A DNA stretch of 64,000 bases from Elusimicrobiota bacterium (GCA_044221725.1 JBGAON010000003.1:542517-606516), one strand, 5' to 3'; numbered from the stretch's first letter, positions 20,703 through 31,062 are shown. The notes: generated from the letters alone by a model not told the origin. Program-made: numbers and translations.

Positions 20703-22529
20703 TTACGGTTTGGTATTTGACTTTTCATTCTGTCGTGATCGCCACAGCGAAGCAACGAACAAGATGAGTGTCATTAAACTTACGATGCCGCCAATGCGCA
20801 CGGACCAAGGGTGATAAACGAATTCAATAATGTGTTTCCCCTCGGATACGTCCGTCCACATAAAAATATCTTCATAGAGACCGGGGCGACTCTCGCTGCC
20901 GTCTACCCGCACGCGCCAGCCAGGATAATAAGCCTCCGAAAAAACGATTCGGCCAGGCCCTTCTGTCTCGGCCACCAGTTTTCCTGGCTCGTCCGCGATA
21001 ACTCGAACATCCGCTCCGCTATCAACGAAGAATAAATGCTTTTTCGGATTCGGATTCTCCGTCACCAGCACATCCGCCGGCTCAGGAATCGCTTTGGCCA
21101 GTCCCGTCGCCGAAATATCTATTTTCATTCGAATGCCCGCGACGTCGAAAAGGTTTCGGTCTTGCGATTGATGGTTGAGGCGTTTTTGAAATTCGAGCGC
21201 GCGGCGCCCTTCGAGGCTGTGGTGACTGCTGGCTTCTTTTATCCCAAAGGCGGTTGCATACGACGGCGGATAAACCGATTTTAAAAATTGCCAATCCGCC
21301 GGAGATCGGCGTCTCCACCCAAAATCATTTTTTAAGATCGCGAATGTCGCAAACAGGCGGTTGTGATTCGCAAGTTTGCTTCCGTCGACCAATGTAACGT
21401 GGTTTTCTGTAAGCACCGTGCTAGACGCCCATGTGAATCTCGTTGGCCACGCGTAAAAAAGAAAATCCGCCAACATCAGCGCTAAGAGAATCTTTCGAGC
21501 GGAATTGTTTCTGATTTTCGTCCATCCAATGGTGGCAAGAAAAAAGAAGATGGTGAGCGCGGGAAACAAAAAGTGACTCGGGTAACGGAATACACCACTG
21601 GTTAGTTTTTGTACGGTCGCTGCTAACATGAACAACAAACCGACGAGCCCCAAGGCCCTTTCTTTCCTTCCGTGACGTAGGATGGCGATTGCAAATAGGA
21701 ACGAAAAAATGGGGCCGACGTAAAACGCGTTTAATGTTTTCCCAGGCTCGATCCAGAGCAAAGGCGAAGGTACGACAAGGTTCACCACCAAATCCACGAT
21801 CGAAACGCTTGTCGAAGCAAATCCGGGCGGAACAGAAAACAGTGCGCGTGCGGATTCTTTCAACATTTCGGAAAAGGGAAGCCACTGCAATGCGCTTAAT
21901 CCCGCGGCCCATGAACATCCCTTGACTAGGCAGCGAAACGCGTCTGCTGGCTTCTCTTCCACGGCAGCGAAGACGGTCAACAATACGACAGTGAGCAGCG
22001 AAAAAGGCGGAAACCCCGCCAGCCATTGGAGCGCCATCGTAACGCCAAGCGCCTTCGGTTTGCGCTCAAGCAGCAGAAGCAGCAGAAGGGGGGCCCACGC
22101 CATCGAGCAGAAGTCCACCAGGTAGCCGGAACGGTTCAGGAAAAATCCGTTAAAACCGAAAGCGAGCGCTGCGACCGCTGCGGTCATTGATGATTTGGAT
22201 TTTCGAAGGAAAAGAATACCCGCCGCACCCGCCGCCAGTGCAACGTGAAATACAATGACGATGCGCTGATAATCCAAGTAGCTTAGAAAGAATCCCAGCC
22301 ACCGCACCGGATACAACACTTGGGAGTCCGGTGCGGCGAGAAATGGTTGTCCAAAATTGCGGTAGGGATCCCATAGCAAGGAACCCGAATGAAAAAGTCG
22401 TTGTCCGATTTCAAACGTGGGATAGAAAAGACGCAGCACGTCCAAATTCAGGGGCACAAGTCCGAAAATCAAAAGTCGGCGCCAAAACAAAATGGCGTAG
22501 GTTGTTCCAGCGAGAATGGTGAGGATCAC
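20703..22529 (-). CDS. YfhO-family polytopic membrane protein (GT-C-like)
   Basis: LWDPY..FGQPFLA, many TMs, C-terminal SEAYYPGW.V.VDG...G.H.IEF.Y.P. Confidence 0.8.
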   Translation of the reverse strand: MILTILAGTTYAILFWRRLLIFGLVPLNLDVLRLFYPTFEIGQRLFHSGSLLWDPYRNFGQPFLAAPDSQVLYPVRWLGFFLSYLDYQRIVIVFHVALAAGAAGILFLRKSKSSMTAAVAALAFGFNGFFLNRSGYLVDFCSMAWAPLLLLLLLERKPKALGVTMALQWLAGFPPFSLLTVVLLTVFAAVEEKPADAFRCLVKGCSWAAGLSALQWLPFSEMLKESARALFSVPPGFASTSVSIVDLVVNLVVPSPLLWIEPGKTLNAFYVGPIFSFLFAIAILRHGRKERALGLVGLLFMLAATVQKLTSGVFRYPSHFLFPALTIFFFLATIGWTKIRNNSARKILLALMLADFLFYAWPTRFTWASSTVLTENHVTLVDGSKLANHNRLFATFAILKNDFGWRRRSPADWQFLKSVYPPSYATAFGIKEASSHHSLEGRRALEFQKRLNHQSQDRNLFDVAGIRMKIDISATGLAKAIPEPADVLVTENPNPKKHLFFVDSGADVRVIADEPGKLVAETEGPGRIVFSEAYYPGWRVRVDGSESRPGLYEDIFMWTDVSEGKHIIEFVYHPWSVRIGGIVSLMTLILFVASLWRSRQNEKSNTKP

Positions 22530-24707
22530 TTACTGGTTTGCGGCGAGACGGCGCGGTTCGGAGGGCGGAACGTCGGACGGCACTTCGTTGCTGCTTTCGA
22601 GAACGTTGATTAACTCGTAGAGCATAATTGCTTGGTCGAAGCCGGCAAGAAACCGCGGTTGCCATGCTTTCGCTGAGACAACTTCTTTCACACGGCCGTA
22701 TGTGGCCGGTGACATGAGAATCTGATTATCGCCGGCCAAATCTTCAATGCGCGCCACCATGTTGACCGCGTCACCGATAACCGTGTATTCGACGCGATCA
22801 CCGGAGTCCACATTCCCAGCGATCACTTCCCCAGACGAAATTCCGATGCCGATCGAGATCGGGTCTTTGTTTTGTTTGATGCGCGTGGCGTTCCATTTAT
22901 CAATCTCGTGCATAAGGTCCATGGCGCATTGAACCGTATTATGATCGGGATTGGAAAGCTTGGGCAAAATAGGAAGGCCAAACACCACCATGACAGCGTC
23001 ACCGATAAATTTGTCGATCGTGCCTTGGTTGCGATAGACGACGGGCGCTACACAGGAACGAAATTCTTTTAATAGTTCAACGACCTCGCGCGGATCAAGC
23101 CGACCCGAAAGCACCGTGAAATGCCGAATATCAATCATGAGAACCGAGACCCACGTGCGATGGCCCGCCAAGCGTTCGCGAAATCCTTCTTTGTTGCGGC
23201 GCATTTCCACGGCCCACGTTTTTCCGACGTACGGAACGAGAGCGTTTGCAAATTCCTGATGGTAAAAATTGTCGAGCATGATGCCGGCGTTATCAATGAC
23301 GCTCTTGAGCCAAAAAATGTTGCGGCCTTTATAAGACGAATAACCGAGGTCCGAATTCCCAAGCGTTATCACACCGAACAGCGCGCGGCGGCGCGTGGAA
23401 AAAAGCGGAAAAGCGATTTCCGCCTGCAGCACTTCCATTTCATCGCTAATCGATTGGCGTTCCCAATCGGTGAGAATGCGGCGCAGCACTTCATCGCGAA
23501 TCAGTTCCCCTTTCTCTTCGCGGACGTGCTGAATGAGCAGCGAGTCGTTCCGTAAGAAGAATCCGTCCGCGTTTGAAGCAAGACCAACGCCCTTTTTAAT
23601 TTGAAAGATGGATTTCTGCGGATCTTTCAAAAGCAAGCTGAGCGATCCGAAACCGGTGCTTTGCAGGCTGGAAAACAAAATATTTAAGAGCTCATCCCGG
23701 TCGGCCGATGACAACACGCGGCGCGACAAGCCGCGCAAGCGTTGCATTTGATCGTAGCGTTGCGCAAAGAAAATGCGGTCAACCAAGTTTTGAACGCGGT
23801 AGCGAAGCGGATGGAACAAGAGGGCCATAAAAATCGATGACAGGCCCAGCGCGAAGAAGTCGCTGTTCGGTAAGTACGGCAAAAGCAATTTGCTGGAGAG
23901 ATAATGCGTGCTTCCAAACACCGTGAGCAAAATGGTGGTCATCACAAAAAATGCGAGCGTTTTTCGAACAAGTTCGGAGAAGTGATACAGGTGACTCGTC
24001 GTGAGCGAATAAGCGATGAACCCCATGCAGAGGCAAGCGGCAATGTGCATGACCGGGAAGAACCAACTTACATCCAATCGGAATCCGATAATAAACGGAA
24101 CACTAATGGCGACCGTGGAAACCATAATCCCCGTTCCAAACAGCATGTAGAGCAGACGGCTTTTTTGTGTCGGATCTTTCGAGGTAACGGTTTGCTTGGT
24201 TAAGAGCGCTACCGCGATTCCCACAAGCAGACCAAACAGAATCGCGGCGACCCAAAATTGTTTTCCAATGTCCGGAATCGAAAAGTACGTGTACTTCGCG
24301 AGTTGCTGCGGCGTGAGGCCACCCACCATGAGAAGAAACCATCCACCGCTAAAAACATACGCGAGTTGTTTTACGCGTTCATAAAAGCCAGACATCAGCG
24401 AATCCTGATTTTTGTATTGATTGCCAATACTGCCGAGAACCAGGTGATAATAAAGAGGTGAGACGAAAAGAAGGCTAATTGTGTACAGGCGGGACCAGAT
24501 CAGCGACACTTGCGGAGACTTCGAATAGTTTAGACCGATAAACGCGAGCCCCGCGATAAAAAACATGGAACACAGAACTGAAAAGAGGCGGTTAATCGTT
24601 CGGCGCGGACTGTCCATTAATACCAACCCGCCCAGGGCGAGACTTACAAGCGCTGTAAATAAAATTACAAACGCAAGAATATGGCGGATCTCAAGAGAGG
24701 ACGTCAT
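22530..24707 (-). CDS. Class III adenylate/guanylate cyclase with N-terminal multi-TM (HisKA_7TM-like) sensor and GAF-like domain
   Basis: VLMIDIRHFT, IDKFIGDAVMVVFG, GIGISSG, YTVIGDAVN..AR.E. Confidence 0.9.
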   Translation of the reverse strand: MTSSLEIRHILAFVILFTALVSLALGGLVLMDSPRRTINRLFSVLCSMFFIAGLAFIGLNYSKSPQVSLIWSRLYTISLLFVSPLYYHLVLGSIGNQYKNQDSLMSGFYERVKQLAYVFSGGWFLLMVGGLTPQQLAKYTYFSIPDIGKQFWVAAILFGLLVGIAVALLTKQTVTSKDPTQKSRLLYMLFGTGIMVSTVAISVPFIIGFRLDVSWFFPVMHIAACLCMGFIAYSLTTSHLYHFSELVRKTLAFFVMTTILLTVFGSTHYLSSKLLLPYLPNSDFFALGLSSIFMALLFHPLRYRVQNLVDRIFFAQRYDQMQRLRGLSRRVLSSADRDELLNILFSSLQSTGFGSLSLLLKDPQKSIFQIKKGVGLASNADGFFLRNDSLLIQHVREEKGELIRDEVLRRILTDWERQSISDEMEVLQAEIAFPLFSTRRRALFGVITLGNSDLGYSSYKGRNIFWLKSVIDNAGIMLDNFYHQEFANALVPYVGKTWAVEMRRNKEGFRERLAGHRTWVSVLMIDIRHFTVLSGRLDPREVVELLKEFRSCVAPVVYRNQGTIDKFIGDAVMVVFGLPILPKLSNPDHNTVQCAMDLMHEIDKWNATRIKQNKDPISIGIGISSGEVIAGNVDSGDRVEYTVIGDAVNMVARIEDLAGDNQILMSPATYGRVKEVVSAKAWQPRFLAGFDQAIMLYELINVLESSNEVPSDVPPSEPRRLAANQ

Positions 24708-24795
24708 CCAGGAGTAATTCTCCTAATTGAGGTTAAGGGTCCTTGAAAACGCGACTATTTATTCTTACCTATCGAGGAGAACTCCGTCAAGACAT

Positions 24796-24825
24796 TTTTC
24801 CACAAGGTTATCCACAGAATCCACA
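24796..24825 (+). promoter_or_regulatory. Cluster of DnaA-box-like 9-mers
   Basis: TTTTCCACA (24796), TTATCCACA (24808) and GAATCCACA (24817), all in the same orientation in an intergenic region. Confidence 0.5.
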
Positions 24826-24842
24826 ATTCGAAAACGCCAGAA

Positions 24843-25595
24843 TTATTCTAGGAGCAAACGGAATTCGTTCGTGACGATGTATCCGGTGCCGGTTTCGGTG
24901 TAGTGCAACCCTCCGCTGATGCCGCTCCAGGTGATATTTCCATTGGCGGTATGGTCGGCATAAAAGGAAAGATTTAGGGTGGTCGGTTGACCATCGAAGG
25001 TGCCGGACGCCGAAGCGCTTCCATCCGTTAAGCCATCGAACGTGGTCTTGGCGCCAACGCCGTTAAACGCAAAATTAAGCGACAAGTTGCTGCTCGAAAA
25101 ATTCGACGTACCTGTCAATCTCTTATCAGAATCAACGATTCCGGCGAGATCGAGCGTGAGCGTCAGGTTCTCGCTCAAAGTGAATTTCGAATTCCCGCCA
25201 TTGTCGGTAATGAGCACCGACTTAATTATCGCGGTTGACGATTGCATTTGGATTGGATCGATCGTGTTATTGCCGGCGTCCTTAAATTGAATCGTAAAGG
25301 TCGCCGTCCCATAATGACGCTCGCTGGTCGTAAACGTGTAACGTGACTGGGCGTCGGGGCCGGTGAGTTCCGGAAACGTACTGTTAGTAAGAGTGGTACG
25401 GTTCATCACCGGTACCAACACTTTCATGCAATCCCGTTTCATCAAGAACCAACCTTGACCAACTTGAGCGGGCAAGCTCGTGATATCGGACTTGATTGGA
25501 AGCGGATCGAGAATTTTGTTCGGTTCCTGTTCGCGTTTGCAGGCTGAAAATCCTGCAGTGACGAAAACAAATCCGATCAGCCAAAACCTTTTCAT
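24843..25595 (-). CDS. Hypothetical lipoprotein, beta-rich
   Basis: Lipobox FSAC after a hydrophobic N-terminus. Thr/Ser/Gly-rich strands. Confidence 0.7.
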   Translation of the reverse strand: MKRFWLIGFVFVTAGFSACKREQEPNKILDPLPIKSDITSLPAQVGQGWFLMKRDCMKVLVPVMNRTTLTNSTFPELTGPDAQSRYTFTTSERHYGTATFTIQFKDAGNNTIDPIQMQSSTAIIKSVLITDNGGNSKFTLSENLTLTLDLAGIVDSDKRLTGTSNFSSSNLSLNFAFNGVGAKTTFDGLTDGSASASGTFDGQPTTLNLSFYADHTANGNITWSGISGGLHYTETGTGYIVTNEFRLLLE

Positions 25596-26458
25596 GAGCC
25601 GGGTTTCCGCGGCGCGAGTTTGTAGCTAACGGTGCCTTTGTAGAGAACGTCGCCGGCGCCGCGCTCGAGATTAAAACTCGAATGCTGTTCGTCAAGCAAA
25701 CCGAAAGCGACGCCCGCTCCAATATTCCATCCGGCGTACGACCAGGTCAGCCCTCCCAACGCGTCCATCGCTTCGCCGCCCGAATCAGCGAGGACCGACT
25801 GATTTATCTTTGTATTTTCGCTGCGGTAATAAGCTACTTCTCCGAGCAAGCCAATATGCCAGACGATCGGTATCTCAAGAGAGCCTTTGGATTCAAAAAT
25901 GTTGCCGGGTTCGACTTTGTAGATGGTGTCGTTCGAAACGCCCAGTTTGCTGTGATAACCGCCACGCCACAGGTAACCCACGTTAAACCGGATTGGCCAA
26001 TTGGTTGGAATTTTGAACAACGCGAGTGTTTCGTAGTCATAACTGCTTTGAACCGGCAATTCCTGATCTCCTTGTTCCCCTTTCTTCGTGTGCCAGATGA
26101 ATTCAAAGCCAAACCAATCGGACGGCGAATATTTGAAATAGGGTGAGAATCGTCCATTTTGGCTGCCCGAATAGTGTGCGGTGGGCGTTTCGAGTCGTTG
26201 ACTTAAATAGGTAAGGCCGAAACCAATATCAAAGCGGCGGGTGAGACCGAGGCGCGCTCGCATCGGAAATGCGACGGTTTTGTAATTGGTCCGCGGTGTA
26301 TTGAATTCGTCTTCGCGCTGCGAAACAGAAATGGTGGCTTCGAAGTTGTAGCGACCGGCCGGTTCGACTTCTTCGGTCAAAAGCGGGCGAGCGTGCAACG
26401 CGGGCGAGATGCTAACGAGCGCGAGCGCGAACCAAACGCCTTTTGTAGCGCGCGACAT
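25592..26458 (-). CDS. Outer-membrane beta-barrel (transporter-like) protein
   Basis: Likely start MSRATKG with signal ending LHA|RPL.TE. Amphipathic strands. Confidence 0.6.
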   Translation of the reverse strand: MSRATKGVWFALALVSISPALHARPLLTEEVEPAGRYNFEATISVSQREDEFNTPRTNYKTVAFPMRARLGLTRRFDIGFGLTYLSQRLETPTAHYSGSQNGRFSPYFKYSPSDWFGFEFIWHTKKGEQGDQELPVQSSYDYETLALFKIPTNWPIRFNVGYLWRGGYHSKLGVSNDTIYKVEPGNIFESKGSLEIPIVWHIGLLGEVAYYRSENTKINQSVLADSGGEAMDALGGLTWSYAGWNIGAGVAFGLLDEQHSSFNLERGAGDVLYKGTVSYKLAPRKPGS

Positions 26459-26460
26459 CG

Positions 26461-26838
26461 TTATCCTTCGGTTCCTTTGTGATCGTCTGGGTAATCCGTG
26501 TTTAAGCAAGCTTCGCAAGTGTTATCCATATTTTTTGACATGAGTCCATGTTTCGGGCAGGGATCAATTCCAGCATCCGTTAACTGTTTGATTCTATCTT
26601 GAATTTTCTTGCTATAGCCAGCGCCTTCGCGGTCTTGGTCAACGGTGAAACGGTCCAGCGTCAGACCGTGCACCGAAACAATGTCTTCCAGTTCAACCTC
26701 GGAACTCGCTTTCAGTTGGTCAAACAACACGCCACCGGCCAGGAACTCGTATTGCCAATTTGCGCCGTCCCAATGGATCCGATGCTGGTTATCCGAGCCA
26801 ATCCGAAAAATATAGTGTTGTGTTTTGTCGAGCGCCAT
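26461..26838 (-). CDS. Hypothetical protein with C-terminal CxxH...CxxC metal-binding motif
   Basis: 125-aa ORF with RBS, CPKHG...CEAC. Confidence 0.6.
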   Translation of the reverse strand: MALDKTQHYIFRIGSDNQHRIHWDGANWQYEFLAGGVLFDQLKASSEVELEDIVSVHGLTLDRFTVDQDREGAGYSKKIQDRIKQLTDAGIDPCPKHGLMSKNMDNTCEACLNTDYPDDHKGTEG

Positions 26839-26891
26839 GCTCCGTAATTAGCATATTTGGGCGACGGCGCCTTCGAGGAACGGGCGGGATT

Positions 26892-27317
26892 TTACGACGC
26901 GAAACGAAGACGGGTGGGCAGCGAGAACCGGCCGGCAAGAGCATCGAGAATTTGTACAAGAAGTTCGCTGTACATTATTGGTTTCTCGATCAATCCTTGG
27001 GCACCGGCTTTTTGGGTCTTTTCCAGGCTTGAAGGGTCGGCGTAAGCCGTAATAAATAGGATAGGAACATCTTTGAGCCGGAAATCTTGACGGACCATCT
27101 TGCACATTGCGAATCCGTCCATCTTGGGGAGCATGATGTCGAGCAGAATCAAATTCGGTTTCTTGGTTTTCAAAATCGTGAGCGCGCGCTCGGCGTCTCT
27201 GGCTTCGATCACATTGAACCCATCTCCTTTCAAAGAAAACGACAAGAAAGATAGGACCGATTCATCATCATCAACAACGATTATCGACTTCGCTTCATTC
27301 AGTTCCTCTTCGAGCAT
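26892..27317 (-). CDS. Single-domain response regulator (receiver only)
   Basis: VVDDD, LLDIMLPKMDG, ILFITA, IEKP. No output domain. Confidence 0.9.
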   Translation of the reverse strand: MLEEELNEAKSIIVVDDDESVLSFLSFSLKGDGFNVIEARDAERALTILKTKKPNLILLDIMLPKMDGFAMCKMVRQDFRLKDVPILFITAYADPSSLEKTQKAGAQGLIEKPIMYSELLVQILDALAGRFSLPTRLRFAS

Positions 27318-27332
27318 AATTGAGTGTAGGCC

Positions 27333-28067
27333 GTGACCTCTGTGATTTCCACCCCCACGCTGTCAATTATTATTCCGGCGTACAACGAATCGAAACGAAT
27401 TCTCCCGACGTTGGAGAAAATTGAAAAATTTCGGCAACTTCAGTCTTACACGACGGAGATCATTGTGGTGGACGACGCTTCCACCGATGGCACGAGCGAC
27501 GTTGTTGAAACGTTCATTGCTGACAAGCCGTTTTTTCGTTTGGTCAGAAATGAAAAAAATATCGGCAAGGGCGGATCGGTGCAACGCGGCATGCTTCTCG
27601 CAGAAGGCGCGTATCGATTGTTTTCGGATGCCGATATGTCGACGCCAATCGAAGAGGTGCAAAAATTCCTCGGACTAAAATATGTGGACGTCGTCATCGG
27701 GTCGCGTCGCGTGACCGGTGCGCATTTGGCCAAGCGCCAACCCGTTTTGCGTGAAGCGGCAGGCCGTATTTTCAGCGTGCTTGTTCGCTTTCTCGTGTTG
27801 CGCGGATTTTTGGACACGCAATGCGGGTTCAAAATGTTCACGGGCGCCGTGGCAGAGAAAGTATTCCGTCGGCAAACCATCATGCGCTTTGGTTTCGATG
27901 TGGAAATTCTGTTTGTTGCAAAGAAAATCGGTTGCGAGATTCGCGAAGTCGGTGTGCATTGGGAAGATTCGCCATTCACCCGCGTCCACCTGTTCCGCGA
28001 CTCCACCGCGATGTTCCTCGACCTCCTCCGCATCCGCCGCAACGACGCAAAGGGCCGCTACAAGTAA
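27333..28067 (+). CDS. GT2 polyprenol-phosphate glycosyltransferase (Alg5/DPM1-like)
   Basis: IIPAYNE, VVDDASTD, GKGGSV..G, DADMS, DTQCGFK, FGFDVE. Confidence 0.9.
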   Translation: MTSVISTPTLSIIIPAYNESKRILPTLEKIEKFRQLQSYTTEIIVVDDASTDGTSDVVETFIADKPFFRLVRNEKNIGKGGSVQRGMLLAEGAYRLFSDADMSTPIEEVQKFLGLKYVDVVIGSRRVTGAHLAKRQPVLREAAGRIFSVLVRFLVLRGFLDTQCGFKMFTGAVAEKVFRRQTIMRFGFDVEILFVAKKIGCEIREVGVHWEDSPFTRVHLFRDSTAMFLDLLRIRRNDAKGRYK

Positions 28068-28078
28068 CGAGCAAAAGA

Positions 28079-28106
28079 CTTACAAAAGATTTACACAGGG
28101 CTTACC
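28079..28106 (+). promoter_or_regulatory. 11-bp-period (C/T)TTACA direct-repeat box upstream of the gsp operon
   Basis: CTTACA-N5-TTTACA-N5-CTTACC. Same motif as the boxes in the toxin island. Confidence 0.7.
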
Positions 28107-28139
28107 TTGGCTTGACGACAAATTTAATAACAGCTGGCC

Positions 28140-29561
28140 ATGGGTATTCTCAAAGAGCTGGTCCCCGACAGTGATTTGCTCAAGCGTGTGTCCGCGGCCG
28201 TCGCGGCCCGCTGGCGTTTTATTCCAATCGGGCGAGCCGCCTCGGGTTCTATTACGGTCGCCGCTTGCGATCCGGACAATCTCGAACGTCTCGATAACAT
28301 TTCTGTTTTTCTCGGAGCTCCGGTCACGGCGCTTCGTTGCGATGAAAGCGAATTCCGCGAGGCGTTACGGAAACTGTATGGGTTGGGCGCCGAAGCGATT
28401 GATTCGCTTCAAGCGACCAGCGTGCCGAGCGAATCGGACCCGGAATTTGATTCTCCCCCCGAAAGCGCGGCAATGGTGCGTTTCGTGGACGATTTGCTGA
28501 AACAAGCGCACCGCGAACGCGCGACCGATATCCACATCGAACCGTTCGAGAACGAAACCACGATTCGGTTCCGTATTGATGGCTTGCTAAATCCAATCCG
28601 CGTGCCCGAGAACCTGGTGCGTCACCAGGCCCTCTTAACCTCGCGCATTAAAGTGATGGCGCATATGAACATCGCCGAAAAGCGGCTCCCGCAAGACGGT
28701 CGCGTGCGCGTGGCGTTGGGCGAGGACAACGTCGATATTCGTGTCTCCACAATTCCAACGGTGCACGGTGAAACCGTTGATTTGCGCTTGTTGCCGCAAG
28801 CGAACATGATTCACGGCCTGGAGAAACTGGGCCTCAGCGTTGATCAGCAAACGGTGCTTGAAAAACTTATTCGCAAACCGAACGGCATCGTGCTCGTGAC
28901 CGGGCCGACCGGCCATGGAAAAACAACCACGCTCTACTCTTTCCTATCGGGAATCAACACGAGCGAGAAGAAAATCGTCACGATTGAAGATCCCGTTGAG
29001 TACCGTTTGCGCGGGATCAATCAGATCCAGGTGCACGCAAAAATTGGACTCACGTTTGCGAGCGGGTTGCGATCGGTTTTGCGGCAGGATCCCGACGTGA
29101 TTATGGTGGGCGAAATTCGCGATCACGAAACCGCCGAGATTGCGATTCGCGCGTCGTTAACGGGTCATCTGGTCTTCAGCACGTTGCACACAAATGATGC
29201 GATCGGCGCGGTGACACGCCTTATCGACATGGGCATCGAACCCTATTTGGTCGCGTCGTCGGTGAGCGTCGTGCTCGCGCAACGACTGGTGCGCACGCTT
29301 TGCACGGCGTGCGGGCATCAAAAGCCCGAATGCGATATCTGTCACGGCGTCGGTTTCAAAGGCCGAACCGGCCTATTTGAGTTGCTCATTATTAATGAGT
29401 CGCTCCGCGAAATGATTGCGAGTCGAACGCCGGCATCGGCGCTACGAAAGGCGGCGGCGTCGTTGGGAATGAAAACGCTTTTTGAAAGCGGCCAAGCGAA
29501 AGCCGAACGGGGTATCACGACCCTGAACGAAGTACGACGCGTGGCCGAAGAGATCGCGTGA
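28140..29561 (+). CDS. gspE: Type II secretion ATPase
   Basis: ATDIHIEP, EKRLPQDGR, GPTGHGKTTT, TIEDPVE, LRQDPDVIMVGEIRD, TGHLVFSTLHTN, CxxC...CxxC. Confidence 0.92.
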   Translation: MGILKELVPDSDLLKRVSAAVAARWRFIPIGRAASGSITVAACDPDNLERLDNISVFLGAPVTALRCDESEFREALRKLYGLGAEAIDSLQATSVPSESDPEFDSPPESAAMVRFVDDLLKQAHRERATDIHIEPFENETTIRFRIDGLLNPIRVPENLVRHQALLTSRIKVMAHMNIAEKRLPQDGRVRVALGEDNVDIRVSTIPTVHGETVDLRLLPQANMIHGLEKLGLSVDQQTVLEKLIRKPNGIVLVTGPTGHGKTTTLYSFLSGINTSEKKIVTIEDPVEYRLRGINQIQVHAKIGLTFASGLRSVLRQDPDVIMVGEIRDHETAEIAIRASLTGHLVFSTLHTNDAIGAVTRLIDMGIEPYLVASSVSVVLAQRLVRTLCTACGHQKPECDICHGVGFKGRTGLFELLIINESLREMIASRTPASALRKAAASLGMKTLFESGQAKAERGITTLNEVRRVAEEIA

Positions 29562-30583
29562 AGCTCAAACACTCGGAGACCGTTCTTTTGACGCGACGCT
29601 TGGCGGATCTGCTGAAGGGCGGTTTGCCGCTCAGTCGCAGTGTGGACGTTCTGCGAAAGCAGTCGGGGAGCCCGAACTTAAAAAAGGTTTTGTCGTCGGT
29701 AAAAAGTGAGCTCGAGAGTGGCCACAGTTTTTCGCAAGCGCTCAAACTCCAGAACGGAACATTCCCCCGTATCGCGATCGGAATCGTTCAAGCCGGTGAG
29801 CTCTCCGGAAATCTCGACGCGTCGCTGTCGGAACTGGCAAAGCTACTGGAAACCGATATGGAAGTGCGTCAACGATTGCGCGCGGCACTCGTGTATCCGG
29901 CTTTTTTGTTGGTGCTGGCAATGGTGGTTTGCGCATTTCTATTGGGATTCGTGATCCCGCGGTTTCAATTTCTGTTTCAAGACTTGGGACAAACACTCCC
30001 GCTGCCAACGCGTATTTTAATTCTCGCTTCGTCCGGGTTCCGGTACGTGTTTGTCACGCTGGCGCTGGCCGTGATCGGCGGATTCTTTGTGATGAAACGT
30101 GCCTCCGTGTTGGCGCGGGCACAAGACGCGTTACTAAAGCTGCCAATTGTTTCTGACGCCTGGCGCAACGCGGTGCTTCAGCGCTGGGCCAGCATGATGG
30201 AATCGTTGTTGCGCAGCGGTTACACGGTATCGGACGCGATTCAGCTGTCGCGACAATCCATTAACGATCCCTTTTTTTCTGAGGCGCTAAAGAAAGTTAT
30301 CAGCGAAATAATTCAGGGAAAAAATTTCAAATCCGCACTCGAATGCTCCCGTTGGTTCCCGCCAATGATGTGCGAGCTCGTCGGAGCCGCCGAAGAGACC
30401 GGGCAGCTCGAGGAATCGTTCGGACGATTGGCTGTGTCCTATCGGCGCGAAACCGAACATCAGTGGAAAATGTTTTTGTCTTTTCTCGAGCCGGCGCTCA
30501 TCCTCGGCATGGGCGCGGTGGTCGGTTTCGTCGCGCTGGCCATGCTTCTCCCCATCTTCGAAATGAGCGCAACGCTGCGATGA
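29558..30583 (+). CDS. gspF: Type II secretion inner-membrane platform protein
   Basis: G.PL, GE.SG.L, AL.YP, LP.PT, EETG.L, LEP...M..PIF. Confidence 0.9.
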   Translation: MKLKHSETVLLTRRLADLLKGGLPLSRSVDVLRKQSGSPNLKKVLSSVKSELESGHSFSQALKLQNGTFPRIAIGIVQAGELSGNLDASLSELAKLLETDMEVRQRLRAALVYPAFLLVLAMVVCAFLLGFVIPRFQFLFQDLGQTLPLPTRILILASSGFRYVFVTLALAVIGGFFVMKRASVLARAQDALLKLPIVSDAWRNAVLQRWASMMESLLRSGYTVSDAIQLSRQSINDPFFSEALKKVISEIIQGKNFKSALECSRWFPPMMCELVGAAEETGQLEESFGRLAVSYRRETEHQWKMFLSFLEPALILGMGAVVGFVALAMLLPIFEMSATLR

Positions 30584-31062
30584 CATTTTGCGGAATATAC
30601 GTTCGGTTTCGTCGGCCCCGCGGAGGGCGACGAAGACTTTTTCGGATAGGACAAAATCGATGTCATCTCAATCGCGGGTTTACTCTGGCGGAAATTATGC
30701 TCGTGGTCGCGATTATCGGCATTCTTGTGTCGGTGGTCGTGCCGCGGTTGACGGGGCGCACGCAGGAAGCGCGAATTTCGACGACGCGGCTCCAAGTGGA
30801 AAATATTGCGATGGCGCTGGATGCCTTTGAATACGACTGCGGCCGTTATCCGTCGTCCCAAGAAAGTTTGGAAGCGCTGCGAGCAGCCCCCTCCGGGATC
30901 AGCAATTGGAAAGGACCCTACCTCAAGCGCGCGGTTCCGGTCGACGCGTGGAAAAATCATTTTGTGTACCGCGTGCCGGGCCAAGACAATCCCGACTTCG
31001 ATTTGTTTTCAATGGGTCCCGACGGAAAAGAAGGCACCGAGGATGACATTGGGAACCACTAA
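30580..31062 (+). CDS. gspG: Major pseudopilin
   Basis: ATG overlaps the gspF stop. RG|FTLAEIMLVVAIIG, AL..F..D.G.YP, WKGPYL, D.W...F.Y..PG, S.GPDG.EGT.DDI.N. Confidence 0.92.
   Translation: MTFCGIYVRFRRPRGGRRRLFRIGQNRCHLNRGFTLAEIMLVVAIIGILVSVVVPRLTGRTQEARISTTRLQVENIAMALDAFEYDCGRYPSSQESLEALRAAPSGISNWKGPYLKRAVPVDAWKNHFVYRVPGQDNPDFDLFSMGPDGKEGTEDDIGNH

Noticed and set aside
24796..24825. Replication origin
   Set aside because: Only three boxes, a short intergenic region, and no dnaA/dnaN/gidA or clear unwinding element nearby
30343..30579. Long N-terminal extensions given in the ORF track for gspG (also phoH 3924, 30806, 61156, 62201)
   Set aside because: They overlap upstream genes. Downstream starts with RBS or stop/start coupling and proper signal motifs are more plausible.
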